Of a DNA stretch of 64,000 nt, positions 9,627 through 19,915 are shown piece after piece (position 1 is the stretch's first letter; the number at the start of each line of letters is the position of its first letter). The stretch is from assembly GCA_031409655.1 (NCBI GenBank), contig JANNXQ010000066.1:1-64000 (forward strand). Direction: 5' to 3'. Origin of the DNA: Chthoniobacteraceae bacterium. GTDB lineage: Bacteria; Verrucomicrobiota; Verrucomicrobiia; Chthoniobacterales; Chthoniobacteraceae. Below the pieces are notes generated by a model. The model was not told the DNA's origin. It saw only the letters and a program-made list of their open reading frames with translations, and ran no database searches. Made by a program: the position numbers and the translations under genes.

Positions 9627-11201
9627 TCAGATGCCGTCCAACGTCGGATGCATCCATTCCACGAGCCGACGGCGCATCCGTTCGCGGTTCGAGGCGTCGT
9701 GAAATTCCACGGGATTGAAATCATCGGTGAGCACGCGGCCGCTGCGCGGATCGGTCTCGCGCACGTTTGCGACGATCTCGCGCATCCGCTCGCGCACGTT
9801 CGGATGCATGGCGTCGAAGTTCAGTTCGCGACGCTGGACCAACTCAGCGGCCGGAGTCGCGACGAAGAAGACATTGCCCGCACCGACCGCGTGAATGCGC
9901 ACGGCGCCGAAGACGGCTTGCAAGGTCTGCTGCATGGAGGCCGTGAGAAAATCCCAGCCGGGCGCGAAGTCTCCGAGACAATTGATGACCAGGACGCCGT
10001 CCGGTCGCAGGATCCGCCGCATGGCCGCGAAAGCTTCGCGCGTCATCAGATGCGAAGGCGCGGCATCACCGACAAAGGCGTCGAGGATGATGACATCGTA
10101 GCTTTTGCTTGTGGCATCCACGAACTGCCGACCGTCGCCAATGCTGATCTGCATCTTCGCCGTCTCGAGACCGAAATACTCCACGGCCAAAGGCACCACC
10201 GCCTCATTGATTTCCACCACATCGACGCGCGCGCCTTCGCGGGCAAAATCCATCGGAACGATGCCCACGCCAAGGCCGATGCAGAGCACGTCGTCGATGC
10301 TTTTCGCATACCGCTGCGCCAGGCCGTGCAGGCCGTAGGTGAAAAGCGAGATGCTCTGCTTCGCCACCGGGTCGTAATTATTCTGCGGCAGGTAATCGTT
10401 CAGGTAGTAGCGGTGACTGCCGTCGCGCGGTTCGAAGACTTGCAGCTCGCCGAAATACGAATGCCGCCGCGCGACCTCGCGAAGTTCTTCCGACCACGGA
10501 TGATCCTGCATCCTTATCCCGACGCCGCCGCCGACCAGCGCGAGCCCCATGACCAGGAGCACGCGCCCGGCGGTCGCGGCCTTCCCCCAGATCGCGAAAT
10601 AGAAAACCGCGAGCCCCATGAGCACGCCAGCGGTGGCCAGCATGGTCCATGAATTTGGCAGCAACGGGGTGAGCACGTAACCGACGAGCACGGTGCCGGC
10701 GACGCTGCCGAGGGTGCTCACGGCCGAGAGTCGCCCGACGGTACCGCCGACGCCCGCGACGGCCGAAGTGAGCACGCGAATGACGAAAGGGCCGACGGTC
10801 GCGAGCAGGGTGAGAGGGACGAAGAAGAGAAACAGCGACGCCAGGAGCGAGCCGATCGGGAGCGGCAAACGCAGCGTCAGAAAGGCGACCCGCGCGGTGA
10901 AGGGCACGGTCAGGCAGAGATACAATCCGGCGAGCAGCACGCAGGCGTAGAGCCGGCGGAGGTCTGGAGAGCGGTCCACCAGCCAGCCGCCAAACCAGTA
11001 ACCGGCCGCCAGCGAGATGAGGGTGACGGCGATCTGCGCGGTCCAGACAAAGTGCGAGGTGCCGACGAATGGGGTGAGCATTTTCGCCCCGAGGATCTCG
11101 ATGACGAGAATGGCCGCACCAGTGGTGGCAGCGCTGCCGTAGAGAAATCGGCGCAGGCGAGGAGAGACGCCCGCGGAGGCGGAAGAGGCAGATGTTTTCA
11201 C
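9627..11201 (-). CDS. Fused membrane / spermidine-synthase-like SAM-dependent methyltransferase
   Basis: N-terminal TM region then VLCIGLGVG, VEIN, GDGR, YDVIILDAF. Confidence 0.85.
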   Translation of the reverse strand: MKTSASSASAGVSPRLRRFLYGSAATTGAAILVIEILGAKMLTPFVGTSHFVWTAQIAVTLISLAAGYWFGGWLVDRSPDLRRLYACVLLAGLYLCLTVPFTARVAFLTLRLPLPIGSLLASLFLFFVPLTLLATVGPFVIRVLTSAVAGVGGTVGRLSAVSTLGSVAGTVLVGYVLTPLLPNSWTMLATAGVLMGLAVFYFAIWGKAATAGRVLLVMGLALVGGGVGIRMQDHPWSEELREVARRHSYFGELQVFEPRDGSHRYYLNDYLPQNNYDPVAKQSISLFTYGLHGLAQRYAKSIDDVLCIGLGVGIVPMDFAREGARVDVVEINEAVVPLAVEYFGLETAKMQISIGDGRQFVDATSKSYDVIILDAFVGDAAPSHLMTREAFAAMRRILRPDGVLVINCLGDFAPGWDFLTASMQQTLQAVFGAVRIHAVGAGNVFFVATPAAELVQRRELNFDAMHPNVRERMREIVANVRETDPRSGRVLTDDFNPVEFHDASNRERMRRRLVEWMHPTLDGI

Positions 11202-11258
11202 CCGCGTTTTCTACGAGGCCGGACGACCAGCGGCAAGCGCCCGGCGCGGGACGCTGAA

Positions 11259-12278
11259 TCAGCGGCGGCGACGACGACTCCCACCACAAATACCCACCAG
11301 AGCGAGGCCAAAGAGGCACGTCCCCGGTTCCGGGATCGGCGTCACCCAGCCGACAAATGTGGAGCCGCCACTGGTGCTGTCGGTCGCGCGAAACTTGGTG
11401 AAAGCATCCAGCACGGCGTTGGTCACGACCACGTTGCCGCTGTTCGCAGTGCCCACGGCGATCCGGCCCGCGGGGTCGATGTCGATGTCGCCCAGAAATT
11501 CGCCGGTCACGCTGAGGCTCTTGAGGAGTGCGCCCGAGGAGGAGAAACGCGAGATGAGCCCGGAGGAGCTCGTGAGGAAAAAGGAGCCGTCGTCGGCCAC
11601 CGCGATGCCGCGATAGTCGAGGCTCGGCACGGTCACCGAACCGAGGGAAGCACCGGTCAACGGGTCGAGCTTGAGGACCGTGTTCGTCCCCGTCAGGGCG
11701 TAGAGGATGCCGTCGAGGCCGAGGTCGAAATCGATGGGCTCGATCGAAGGCGCGATTCGCACCGAGCCGCCCCCCGCGAGGTCAAAGCGCACGATGCCTT
11801 GTGGCTCCTGGCCGGGGCCGAAGGTCCGCATGTCGGAGACGAAGATGGTCTGGCCCACCTGATCGATCCCGCCATACGTGGTGTTGTTCACCGTGCTCCA
11901 GCCCGGCGCCGTCGTCTGGGTCCAGGTGGACGTGGCAACATTGAAGCGCGAAAGCGTCGGCGTGAAAGTGCCATTGAATAGATACACATCCCCATCGGCC
12001 CCGTAGAGCAGGTCGCGGGCGGCTTCGGTGGAGGGCACCGTGCCGCCCGGAGCCGGCACCCGGCTGAGGGTCTGCAACCGGGTGCCTGCAGACGTGTATT
12101 CCCGAATCCAACGGGGCGCGTTAGACGAGCCAGTGAATTCATTCACCGAGACGATCAGACCGCCCGCGGTCAGGCTGGCCGCCTTTGCGGACTCCCCGCT
12201 GAGGCAGAGGAGAGCGATAAAGCCCCGGAAAAGCGCCCGCTTCAAGTTCAGGCAAGCGCTCAAATCAATCGGATTCAT
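11259..12278 (-). CDS. PEP-CTERM sorted surface protein (beta-propeller-like)
   Basis: Signal peptide; C-terminal IPEPGT + TM + RRRRR. Confidence 0.85.
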   Translation of the reverse strand: MNPIDLSACLNLKRALFRGFIALLCLSGESAKAASLTAGGLIVSVNEFTGSSNAPRWIREYTSAGTRLQTLSRVPAPGGTVPSTEAARDLLYGADGDVYLFNGTFTPTLSRFNVATSTWTQTTAPGWSTVNNTTYGGIDQVGQTIFVSDMRTFGPGQEPQGIVRFDLAGGGSVRIAPSIEPIDFDLGLDGILYALTGTNTVLKLDPLTGASLGSVTVPSLDYRGIAVADDGSFFLTSSSGLISRFSSSGALLKSLSVTGEFLGDIDIDPAGRIAVGTANSGNVVVTNAVLDAFTKFRATDSTSGGSTFVGWVTPIPEPGTCLFGLALVGICGGSRRRRR

Positions 12279-12396
12279 TCCTTATTTCCATAAATTCAAG
12301 ACGGCAGGATGCCAAGATTTTTCCCTCCACCGCCAGAGCTCGGAGCCTTTTGAAAGCCCCAATCCTCCGACCTTGGAACCTCCGCTGAGAGAGAAA

Positions 12397-12472
12397 GAGG
12401 AAGCCTGGAAGCCAGAAAACAGCGACCAGCCCCGCCCTCAGCTCCTTCCTGGTTTTCTGGTTTCCTGCTTCA
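12397..12472. repeat. Inverted 9-mer repeat hairpin (intergenic)
   Basis: ggaagcctggaagccagaaaac ... ttcctggttttctggtttcctgcttc. Confidence 0.55.
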
Positions 12473-12524
12473 TGATTGGTCGTTCGGGAGGCTGCTGGGG
12501 TGGACCTAGCACCCCGCTCGCGCC

Positions 12525-13526
12525 TTATCCCAGCGCTACGGGGTCGTGCTTCGCCGATTGTTCGCCAAAGAGCTGCCGGATCACCTCCTCCACCGGCAGT
12601 TCCTGGACGCTGATGTCGGTGACCTTGCAGGTCGTGAGCACTTCGCGGCAGGTCTCGGTGACTTTCGCGCGCACGACTTTCAGGCGCACGGTCTGCGGCG
12701 TGCGTTCGACGACTTCGCCGAGGCCCGTGAAGTCGATGGCGTCGCGATCGGCGAAGCTGAAGGCGACGATCTTGTGCGTCGCAAAACGGTCGATGATGTC
12801 GCTCAGCGGGCCGTCAAAGAAGAGTCGTCCGTGGTCGATGATGATCACGCGCTGGCAGAGTTCCTCGATGTCCTGCATGTAGTGACTCGTGAGCATGGTC
12901 ACGATCTTGTGGTCCTGATTGTAGCTGCGCAGAAACTCGCGGACTTTCTTCTGGCTCGTGACGTCGAGACCGATGGTCGGCTCATCGAGGAAAAGCACCC
13001 GCGGCGAGTGCAGGAGCGCGGCGATGAGTTCCATCTTCATCCGCTCGCCAAGAGAAAGCTCGCGCACCATGGTGTCGAGCTTGTCGCCGACATCGAGCAG
13101 CTCCGTGAGTCCGCCGACGATCTTTTTGAAGCGCGCCTGATCGATGCCGTAGATCGCCCGATTCAGCTCCAGCGATTCGCGCGCGGGTAGATCCCACCAG
13201 AGCGCGTTTTTCTGCCCGAGCAGGAGCGCGAACTGGCGCTTCATCTCGTCCTTCCGCTCCCACGGCACAAAGCCAAGCACGCGGGCCGTGCCGCTCGTCG
13301 GATTGAGCAGGCCGGAAAGCATCTTGAGCACGGTGGTTTTGCCGGCGCCATTCGGCCCGAGGAAACCGACAAACTCGCCCTCCTCGATGGAAAAGCTCAC
13401 GCCATCCGCGGCCCGCACATCTTCATACTCGCGATGGCCAAGACCTTTGATTGCGCCCAGCAGGCCCGGTTGTTTCTTGTAGGTGCGATAGACTTTGGTG
13501 AGGGCTTGCGTCTCGATGACCGGCAT
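12525..13526 (-). CDS. ABC transporter ATP-binding protein
   Basis: GPNGAGKTT, LSLGERMK, LFLDEPT, SH; start MPVIET. Confidence 0.9.
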   Translation of the reverse strand: MPVIETQALTKVYRTYKKQPGLLGAIKGLGHREYEDVRAADGVSFSIEEGEFVGFLGPNGAGKTTVLKMLSGLLNPTSGTARVLGFVPWERKDEMKRQFALLLGQKNALWWDLPARESLELNRAIYGIDQARFKKIVGGLTELLDVGDKLDTMVRELSLGERMKMELIAALLHSPRVLFLDEPTIGLDVTSQKKVREFLRSYNQDHKIVTMLTSHYMQDIEELCQRVIIIDHGRLFFDGPLSDIIDRFATHKIVAFSFADRDAIDFTGLGEVVERTPQTVRLKVVRAKVTETCREVLTTCKVTDISVQELPVEEVIRQLFGEQSAKHDPVALG

Positions 13527-13631
13527 GGTCCGGACACTGTGCAGGAGTCGAGCGGAGCGGGCCAGCGTTTGTCTCCGCGCGCGCAAAAGGCAGGGTTGGC
13601 GGTGCTTGCCGACTGCGGCTACAGTCGTGCC

Positions 13632-15056
13632 ATGCCCGCCCCGCGTCTCCTTATCGCGCATGAATGGTTGAGCCCTTCCAGGACTTTGCCCGTCCTCAAT
13701 CCCTACACCGGCGCGGAGATCGCGCAGGTGCCCCTCGGGGACGCGGCCATCGTGGACGCGGCGATCGCGGCGGCGCACGCGGCCTTTCCGAAGGTCCGCG
13801 CAACGCCCGCGCACCTTCGCGCGGCGCTCCTGCTCAAGGTGGCGGCGGGAATCGACACGCGGCGCGCGGAGTTTGTGGAGACGATCGTGGCGGAGGCCGG
13901 GAAGCCAATCGTTTTTGCGGAAGCGGAGGTTTCGCGCGCGATCATGACTTTCACCATCGCTGCTGAAGAAGCGCGGCGGCAGCACGGCGAACTTCTGGAC
14001 CTCGACGGCCTGCCGCCGGGCGAGGGGCACTTCGGCCTGACGCGCCGCTTCCCGATCGGGGTCGTGAGCGCGATCACGCCCTTCAATTTTCCGCTCAACC
14101 TCGTCGCGCACAAAGTCGCCCCCTGCCTCGCGACCGCAAATACGATGGTCGTGAAACCCGCGACGAAAACGCCGCTGACGGCGCTCTTGCTCGCCGAGGT
14201 GCTCGTCGCAGCGGAAATGCCTGCGGGACAGGTGAATTTTGTGACCTGCACGAATGAGGACGCCCTGGCGCTCGTCTCCGATCCTCGCGTGAAGAAGGTG
14301 ACCTTCACCGGAAGCCCGACCGTCGGCTGGCGGCTCAAGGAGCAGTGTGGCAAGAAGCGGATCACGCTGGAGCTTGGCGGCAACGCGGGCTGCATCGTTC
14401 ACGCGGATGCGGATCTCGACGCGGCGATCCCGATGATCGCAATGGGTGGCTTCGCGCAGGCCGGGCAATCGTGCATCAGCGTCCAGCGGGTGCTGATTCA
14501 CGATTCGATCTACGATGACTTCCGCGCGCGGTTCGTCGCGCACGTCGCGGAAAAGATCAAGACGGGCGACCCTCGGGACCGTGCGACCGTCGTCGGGCCG
14601 ATGATCACTCCGGCGGCCCTCGCGGAGATTCGGGGGCGGATCGAGGCCGCAATCGCTGCGGGTGCGAAGGTGGTCTGCGGTGGGGCGACCCGGGGCCAGT
14701 GCCTCGAAGCGACGGTGCTCGAAGACGCGGGGGCCGATCTGGAGGTGTGCGCAAAAGAGGCCTTCGCCCCGATCGTGACGCTCCATCGTTACCGGGAGTT
14801 CCAGGAGGCGCTGGCTTTCGTGAACGACTCCGACTTTGGTCTCCAGGCTGGCATCTTCACCCGCGACCTGAAGCTCGCAATGCGGGCTTACGAGACCCTC
14901 GACGTTGGCGGGGTGCTGATCAATCAAGTCCCCACCTTCCGCGTGGAGAGCATGCCGTACGGCGGCATCAAAGACAGTGGCTTCGGTCGGGAAGGCGTGC
15001 GCTACGCCATGGAAGAGATGACCGAGCTAAAGTCGCTGGTGATGAAGTTGGGCTGA
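13632..15056 (+). CDS. Aldehyde dehydrogenase family protein
   Basis: ITPFNFPLN, FTGS, LELGGN, GQSCIS, EAFAP, PYGGIKDSGFGREG. Confidence 0.93.
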   Translation: MPAPRLLIAHEWLSPSRTLPVLNPYTGAEIAQVPLGDAAIVDAAIAAAHAAFPKVRATPAHLRAALLLKVAAGIDTRRAEFVETIVAEAGKPIVFAEAEVSRAIMTFTIAAEEARRQHGELLDLDGLPPGEGHFGLTRRFPIGVVSAITPFNFPLNLVAHKVAPCLATANTMVVKPATKTPLTALLLAEVLVAAEMPAGQVNFVTCTNEDALALVSDPRVKKVTFTGSPTVGWRLKEQCGKKRITLELGGNAGCIVHADADLDAAIPMIAMGGFAQAGQSCISVQRVLIHDSIYDDFRARFVAHVAEKIKTGDPRDRATVVGPMITPAALAEIRGRIEAAIAAGAKVVCGGATRGQCLEATVLEDAGADLEVCAKEAFAPIVTLHRYREFQEALAFVNDSDFGLQAGIFTRDLKLAMRAYETLDVGGVLINQVPTFRVESMPYGGIKDSGFGREGVRYAMEEMTELKSLVMKLG

Positions 15057-15067
15057 GCGGCGCTCCT

Positions 15068-17017
15068 TTACCGGCCACTCCGTGGCGCATCGGTCTCGGC
15101 ACCCGTGCGGCCTTGCCTTGCGTCCTCCGCCATTTTTCCAAGCGCCAGGTAGGCCGAATAGGAACCGATTTTCACGGCCTTCTCATATTCGGCCTTCGCT
15201 TCCGCCAGTTTGCCCTGAACCTGCAGATGGGCACCATAGGCGGCGATCACCTGCGCGGAGTTAGGGTCGAGTTCCAGCGCGCGGGCGAAGAGCGGACTCG
15301 ACTCGGAGAAGCGCCGCATGTCGTCGTAAGACCACGCGAGGGCGAGGACGATGTTCCGGTCCATGGGCGCAAGAGCGAGCGCCTTTTTATAGGCCTCGAT
15401 CGAGGCCTCAAAATACTGGTCGCTCTGCCCCGGCAGCACGCTCAGCTTTTGCGCGAGCGCAAACTGCGTCTCGCCGAACATTCGATAGTACTCCGGGTTT
15501 TGCGGATCGCGCTCAATCGCCAGGCGCATCAGTCTTGCCGCTTCGTTCGCGATCGCCGGATCGTCCATGTACTTCCAGTCCGAAAGGATTCGCTCTGCGA
15601 GGTGGCAATAGTAGGCCGCAGGCGCAAGCCGCGCGCTGAAGAACAGGATTGCCACACTGAGCGCTGGGACGGCGAACCGGGCGAGGAGTGGCAATCGAAA
15701 CGCCGGTGACACTTCGCCGGTCTTCGACGAGACGGGGTTGACGCCGGGATTGGCTAGGAGCGCAAAGATGACCGCTACGACCATCGCATTCGCAGGAATA
15801 TGGAGATTGAAGTCCACCAGCGAGTGTACGGTGTAGGCGGCCACGCAGCTCATTGCACCGATGGTGAGTGCGAGCGAATTACTGCCTCCCGCCGCCCGAG
15901 AGCCGTGATGGTTTCGCATGAAATCCGTGATCGACTGCCAGCCTGCACGAAGGTGAGCGATGAGCATCGCTAGGAACGCCAAAAAGCCGATTGCGCCGTA
16001 TTCGGCGAGCAGTTGGACGTAGTCGTTGTGTGAATAGATCGGATCGCTCTGGACTGCCGGCGCTCGGAACATGCGTCCATAGTAAAGGTAAGTACCGCTT
16101 CCGGTGCCGACGATCGGGCTAATTTGAAATTGCTTGAGGCCAGCCGCCCACAAGGACGCCCGAAAGGGAACATCGCTGGCGGAGGCCGATACCCGGGTCT
16201 GCACGACATCACTCCCTTTCATGAAAGAGTAGGCAGTGAATGCGATTGTTCCCATAATCACGACCACGGCGAGGACGACGACCGGAACATTCCCCCGAGC
16301 CTTTCGGCTCTTCACGACCAGGCTCAGGAGCACAAACACGAAGAGCCCCCCAAGCGAACTCATGTAGCCGCCCCGGCTCACTGAGAGCACGAGGCCCACC
16401 ACACACATCGCGGCTCCGTAGCCAACGACGATTCTCCCCCAAAGCTTCCACCGGCCCCACCAAGCGGAGGAAAGGCCAAGCAGAAAACCCAACTCAAGAA
16501 ACCCGGCAAGTTGATTGGGATTTCCGAAAAGGCCGCTCGCGCGAGGGCCGTAGTCGGCACGGGGCAGAAAGCTGAGCACCATGAAATTCTCGCCCTTGAA
16601 ATATTGGATTGCGCCGACAATTCCGTTTGCAAAACCGAGGATCAGAAGCACCCCGACCAGGTACGAACGCACCCGCGGGGACGTACCGTAGAAGACTACC
16701 GCCAGGTAAACCAAAGGTGCTGCCAAGAGGATGAAACGGTCCGGTCGCGCGAGATGCTCAACCGGGGCGAGGAAGGTCCGGACGACCATGTAGGCAAAGA
16801 AAATGCCCATCGTGACGAGCGGAGCGATTGCCGTTCGGGGCAGTTCTATCCGGCCAAACCGGAAGCAACTCAGCAATCCGACCAACGCGATCAACCCATA
16901 AGCGGGAAGACTGTACCCAAATGTCCACCCGCCTTTGAGGAGTTGCATCGCTGCGATTGCGATCGCGAGCAGGGAGATGAGCAAGATTTGCACAAGACGA
17001 GATGGAGGACTTCCCAA
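15068..17017 (-). CDS. O-antigen ligase family protein with TPR C-terminus (start uncertain)
   Basis: RASGLFGNPN, SRGG, GTGSGTY, HNDYVQ, HSLVDFNLHIPAN; TPR-like tail. Confidence 0.85.
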   Translation of the reverse strand: MGSPPSRLVQILLISLLAIAIAAMQLLKGGWTFGYSLPAYGLIALVGLLSCFRFGRIELPRTAIAPLVTMGIFFAYMVVRTFLAPVEHLARPDRFILLAAPLVYLAVVFYGTSPRVRSYLVGVLLILGFANGIVGAIQYFKGENFMVLSFLPRADYGPRASGLFGNPNQLAGFLELGFLLGLSSAWWGRWKLWGRIVVGYGAAMCVVGLVLSVSRGGYMSSLGGLFVFVLLSLVVKSRKARGNVPVVVLAVVVIMGTIAFTAYSFMKGSDVVQTRVSASASDVPFRASLWAAGLKQFQISPIVGTGSGTYLYYGRMFRAPAVQSDPIYSHNDYVQLLAEYGAIGFLAFLAMLIAHLRAGWQSITDFMRNHHGSRAAGGSNSLALTIGAMSCVAAYTVHSLVDFNLHIPANAMVVAVIFALLANPGVNPVSSKTGEVSPAFRLPLLARFAVPALSVAILFFSARLAPAAYYCHLAERILSDWKYMDDPAIANEAARLMRLAIERDPQNPEYYRMFGETQFALAQKLSVLPGQSDQYFEASIEAYKKALALAPMDRNIVLALAWSYDDMRRFSESSPLFARALELDPNSAQVIAAYGAHLQVQGKLAEAKAEYEKAVKIGSYSAYLALGKMAEDARQGRTGAETDAPRSGR

Positions 17018-17053
17018 AAAAAAGCCCCGGACGCAATCACGTCCGGGGCTTTT
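17016..17053 (-). terminator. Rho-independent terminator (possibly bidirectional)
   Basis: aaagccccggacg-caatca-cgtccggggcttt with an A8 tract on the left. Confidence 0.85.
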
Positions 17054-17094
17054 CGTTTAATTTTTCTTTATTGGTCGGGTCAGACCTGAGTCAG

Positions 17095-17310
17095 CTATGG
17101 GCTTGTCGGGCAAGGGCCAAGCGTTGTGCCCAGGACCGACTGATACCGCGGAAGCAAGTACAATGGGACTTGAATGGTCCGGTTACGGAAGCAGATCGTT
17201 TGCAGATCTGTCGGGTCAGCCGCTGCACGGAGCGGAGCAATGATGGAGAACGCCGAGGCGCCGGCCACCAATGCACACAGAAGAGAAACGGAGCGTTTTG
17301 ATTTGTTCAT
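17095..17310 (-). CDS. Small secreted protein (71 aa) with two-Cys motif
   Basis: Signal peptide then TICFRNRTIQV...GTTLGPC; followed by terminator. Confidence 0.65.
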   Translation of the reverse strand: MNKSKRSVSLLCALVAGASAFSIIAPLRAAADPTDLQTICFRNRTIQVPLYLLPRYQSVLGTTLGPCPTSP

Positions 17311-17660
17311 ATTTAAATATTTCACTGATCTGGAGGCGTTTAGTGTGATTCTTTTTCTTCCCAAAATGTTTTATCAAACTCACCCATTCGTGTCCACAAA
17401 TTTCTGCGGAAATCTACTTCGCTGAAGTTCGGGCCTGCTGGAGGGCTGCACTCCGAGTGGATTCGTCGGCATTCCCAATCTGAAAGCCGACACCATTGCC
17501 CCATGCCATTCAATCCCACTCAATCCTATGACGCAGCTTGCTCCCCGATAGGGCGTGAACACTTGAATGCCGCCGCTGTGCATAGTATTCAACAGTCTCG
17601 CGGAACTCCGGTCCAACCCCAGGCTCCCAACTTCGACTTCCACCCGCACCCGCTCTCCCA

Positions 17661-18272
17661 ATGCCCATCTACGAGTTTTTCTGCCCGGGGAATAATAAAA
17701 TCTATTCCTTTTTTGCGCGCAGCCTCGGGTATTCGAGCAAAGTTCCGCGGTGTCCGGATGATGCAAAACTTCCGCTGGAGCGGATGATCTCGAATTTTGC
17801 ATTCATCGGGAAAGCCAAGGAAGAGAAGCCTGCCCGGCATCCTAAAGATGAGGATGACCCTCGTATTCAGGCGGCCTTGGAGTCGGTGGAGCAGCAGCTT
17901 GGGGCGATGGACACTGACAATCCCGACCCACGGATGGTGGGCCGGATGCTCCGCAAGATGGCTGAGATCACGGGGGAAACGATGCCCGGGCAGGTGGATG
18001 AAGTCATGCGGCGATTGGAAGCGGGCGAATCTCTCGATCGGATCGAAGAGCAGTTCGGCGATAGCGATCCCTCTTCCGAGGACGCCGGCGGCGGCGACGA
18101 TTTTGCGAACCCCGAACAGGAAGCGCTAAGGGAGATCCGGGAGCGGCTCAAGGCCGTGCGGAGAGGGCCGACGCGCGATCCGGTGCTCTACGAGATGAGC
18201 GAATATCTCGATCTCGATGCCCCTCCGGCCAAGCCGCGCACCTCAAAACCGCGACGGGCGCAAAAAAAGTAG
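17661..18272 (+). CDS. FmdB-like zinc-ribbon regulatory protein
   Basis: MPIYEFFCP...RCP N-terminus with helical acidic C-terminus. Confidence 0.75.
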   Translation: MPIYEFFCPGNNKIYSFFARSLGYSSKVPRCPDDAKLPLERMISNFAFIGKAKEEKPARHPKDEDDPRIQAALESVEQQLGAMDTDNPDPRMVGRMLRKMAEITGETMPGQVDEVMRRLEAGESLDRIEEQFGDSDPSSEDAGGGDDFANPEQEALREIRERLKAVRRGPTRDPVLYEMSEYLDLDAPPAKPRTSKPRRAQKK

Positions 18273-18304
18273 CGGCAGCGGAACGGGTCCAGGCCGAATA
18301 CCGA

Positions 18305-19381
18305 TCACCCTCCCGCTGGCTCTAACGCGAGCCGGACGACGACCTCGATCTCGGCAGTCTGCGGGAACATATCCAGCGGGGCGACGGATTTCAGCGTGTA
18401 GGTGCGGCAGAGGATGGCGAGGTCCCGGGCAAGGGTGGCGGGATTGCACGACACGTAGAGGATCTCCGCCGGACGTCCGGCCAGCAGCAGGTCGCTGACG
18501 CGCGCCGAGATTCCGATCGCTGGCGGGTCCAGGATCACGGTCGTCCTTGCGGCGTCGTGGGTGGTGAGGATTTCTCCGAGCAGTGCGCCCACGTCTCCGT
18601 GGTGGTAATGCTCACGGTCGGTCGTCTTTCGGCGGGCGCGCTCGATGGCGTTCGCGTTTTCCTCGATCCCGATGACATTCTCGAAGATGTCTGCGAGATG
18701 CTTGGCAAAAAGACCGGCGCCGCAATAGGCATCCACCAGCAGAGCCTGCCCCTCACGCACGTTTGCGCGCACGACTCCGAGCATCAACTGAGTGACCTCC
18801 GGATTCGTCTGCTCAAAGAACGGCCCGCCTCCCGACGCCCGCAGCGAATAGTCGCCATCCGGCACGGAAGCATTGCGCAGTTCCCGCAGCGCCTTGTTCA
18901 CGGATGGTGCGGCGATCGCACATTCCTCCACATCCACGATGGCATGCGCCCCCTGCGCGAAAAATCCAACGACCCCGCCACCCACGTGGACGCGGATGCG
19001 GTTGCGATAGCCGTATTCATGCGGCGCCGCGACGATAGCCTGCATCGGCACGGTCTCCAGTTTTCCGACCCTTCGCAGCGTCTGCTCCACCTGGCCGTGC
19101 TTGAGCGCGAGCTGCTCGGCATAGGCGATGTGCTGGTAGGCGCAGCCTCCGCAGCGGGTAAAATAGGGACACGGCGGCTCGACACGCGCCGCGGATGGCT
19201 CGTCGATCGCCACCAATTCGGCCTCGACGAAGTTTTTCTTCTTCCGCACCACCCGCGCGCGGACCGTCTCGCCCGGGATGGTGAATGGAACGAAGACGAC
19301 CTGCCGATCCAGGCGCCCCACACCCCGGCCGCCAAAGGCCACATCGTGGATGGTGAGACTGAGCGGCGCGCCGGGATTCAT
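18305..19381 (-). CDS. TRAM-domain RNA (uracil-5)-methyltransferase, RlmD/TrmA family
   Basis: CPYFTRCGGC, FEQTN, DAYCGAG, LDPP, YVSCNPATLARD, DMFPQT. Confidence 0.9.
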   Translation of the reverse strand: MNPGAPLSLTIHDVAFGGRGVGRLDRQVVFVPFTIPGETVRARVVRKKKNFVEAELVAIDEPSAARVEPPCPYFTRCGGCAYQHIAYAEQLALKHGQVEQTLRRVGKLETVPMQAIVAAPHEYGYRNRIRVHVGGGVVGFFAQGAHAIVDVEECAIAAPSVNKALRELRNASVPDGDYSLRASGGGPFFEQTNPEVTQLMLGVVRANVREGQALLVDAYCGAGLFAKHLADIFENVIGIEENANAIERARRKTTDREHYHHGDVGALLGEILTTHDAARTTVILDPPAIGISARVSDLLLAGRPAEILYVSCNPATLARDLAILCRTYTLKSVAPLDMFPQTAEIEVVVRLALEPAGG

Positions 19382-19443
19382 AGGAGAAAAAGAAGAGGCT
19401 TCCGCCGGAAGACGGAAGCCTCTACTCGAGGGGAAAGTGTGGA

Positions 19444-19857
19444 CTACCAGCCGTAGTTACCCCGGGCGTAGCGATACTTCGTCTGGAAACCGAGTTCCGG
19501 CGGGAACTCCTCGTATCCACCGTGAACCCACGGGACATTCGACTTGTAAGGCGTGCGATATGAGCCGGCGGTGGTGGGGAAAGGGAAGGTAAAGAGTTCA
19601 TACACGCCTTTGTGGAAGCGGTAGAAGACCCGGCCCACGCCCTTCACGACGCCGTAGCTCGCGGACTCCGAGTTCCCTTCGCGATCGTTGAGCAGGCAGA
19701 TGGTGTTCGGGATTTCCGTCACCCCGAAAAAGATGTTCGACAACGCGCGCCCGAGTTTGCGCGTCGGCCCGTAATCATTCATCGGCGGATCCTGGATATC
19801 CGCAAAGGCACTCGCAGCGAGGAGGGAGAGAACAGTGATGCTGAGGAGGGTTTTCAT
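19444..19857 (-). CDS. Exosortase-system-associated secreted protein (TIGR04073-like)
   Basis: Signal peptide, RKLGRALSNIFFG..EIP, GVYELFTFPFP. Confidence 0.75.
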   Translation of the reverse strand: MKTLLSITVLSLLAASAFADIQDPPMNDYGPTRKLGRALSNIFFGVTEIPNTICLLNDREGNSESASYGVVKGVGRVFYRFHKGVYELFTFPFPTTAGSYRTPYKSNVPWVHGGYEEFPPELGFQTKYRYARGNYGW

Positions 19858-19915
19858 GAAGAGAAGGAAGATTAGCGCGGGAGTTTAGCGGAAGGCAACG
19901 GACATTTTCTCCGGC

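Noticed and set aside
12525..14927. 800-aa ORF suggesting a large ABC fusion
   Set aside because: Its N-terminal part is the antisense of the aldehyde dehydrogenase; the real gene starts at 13526.
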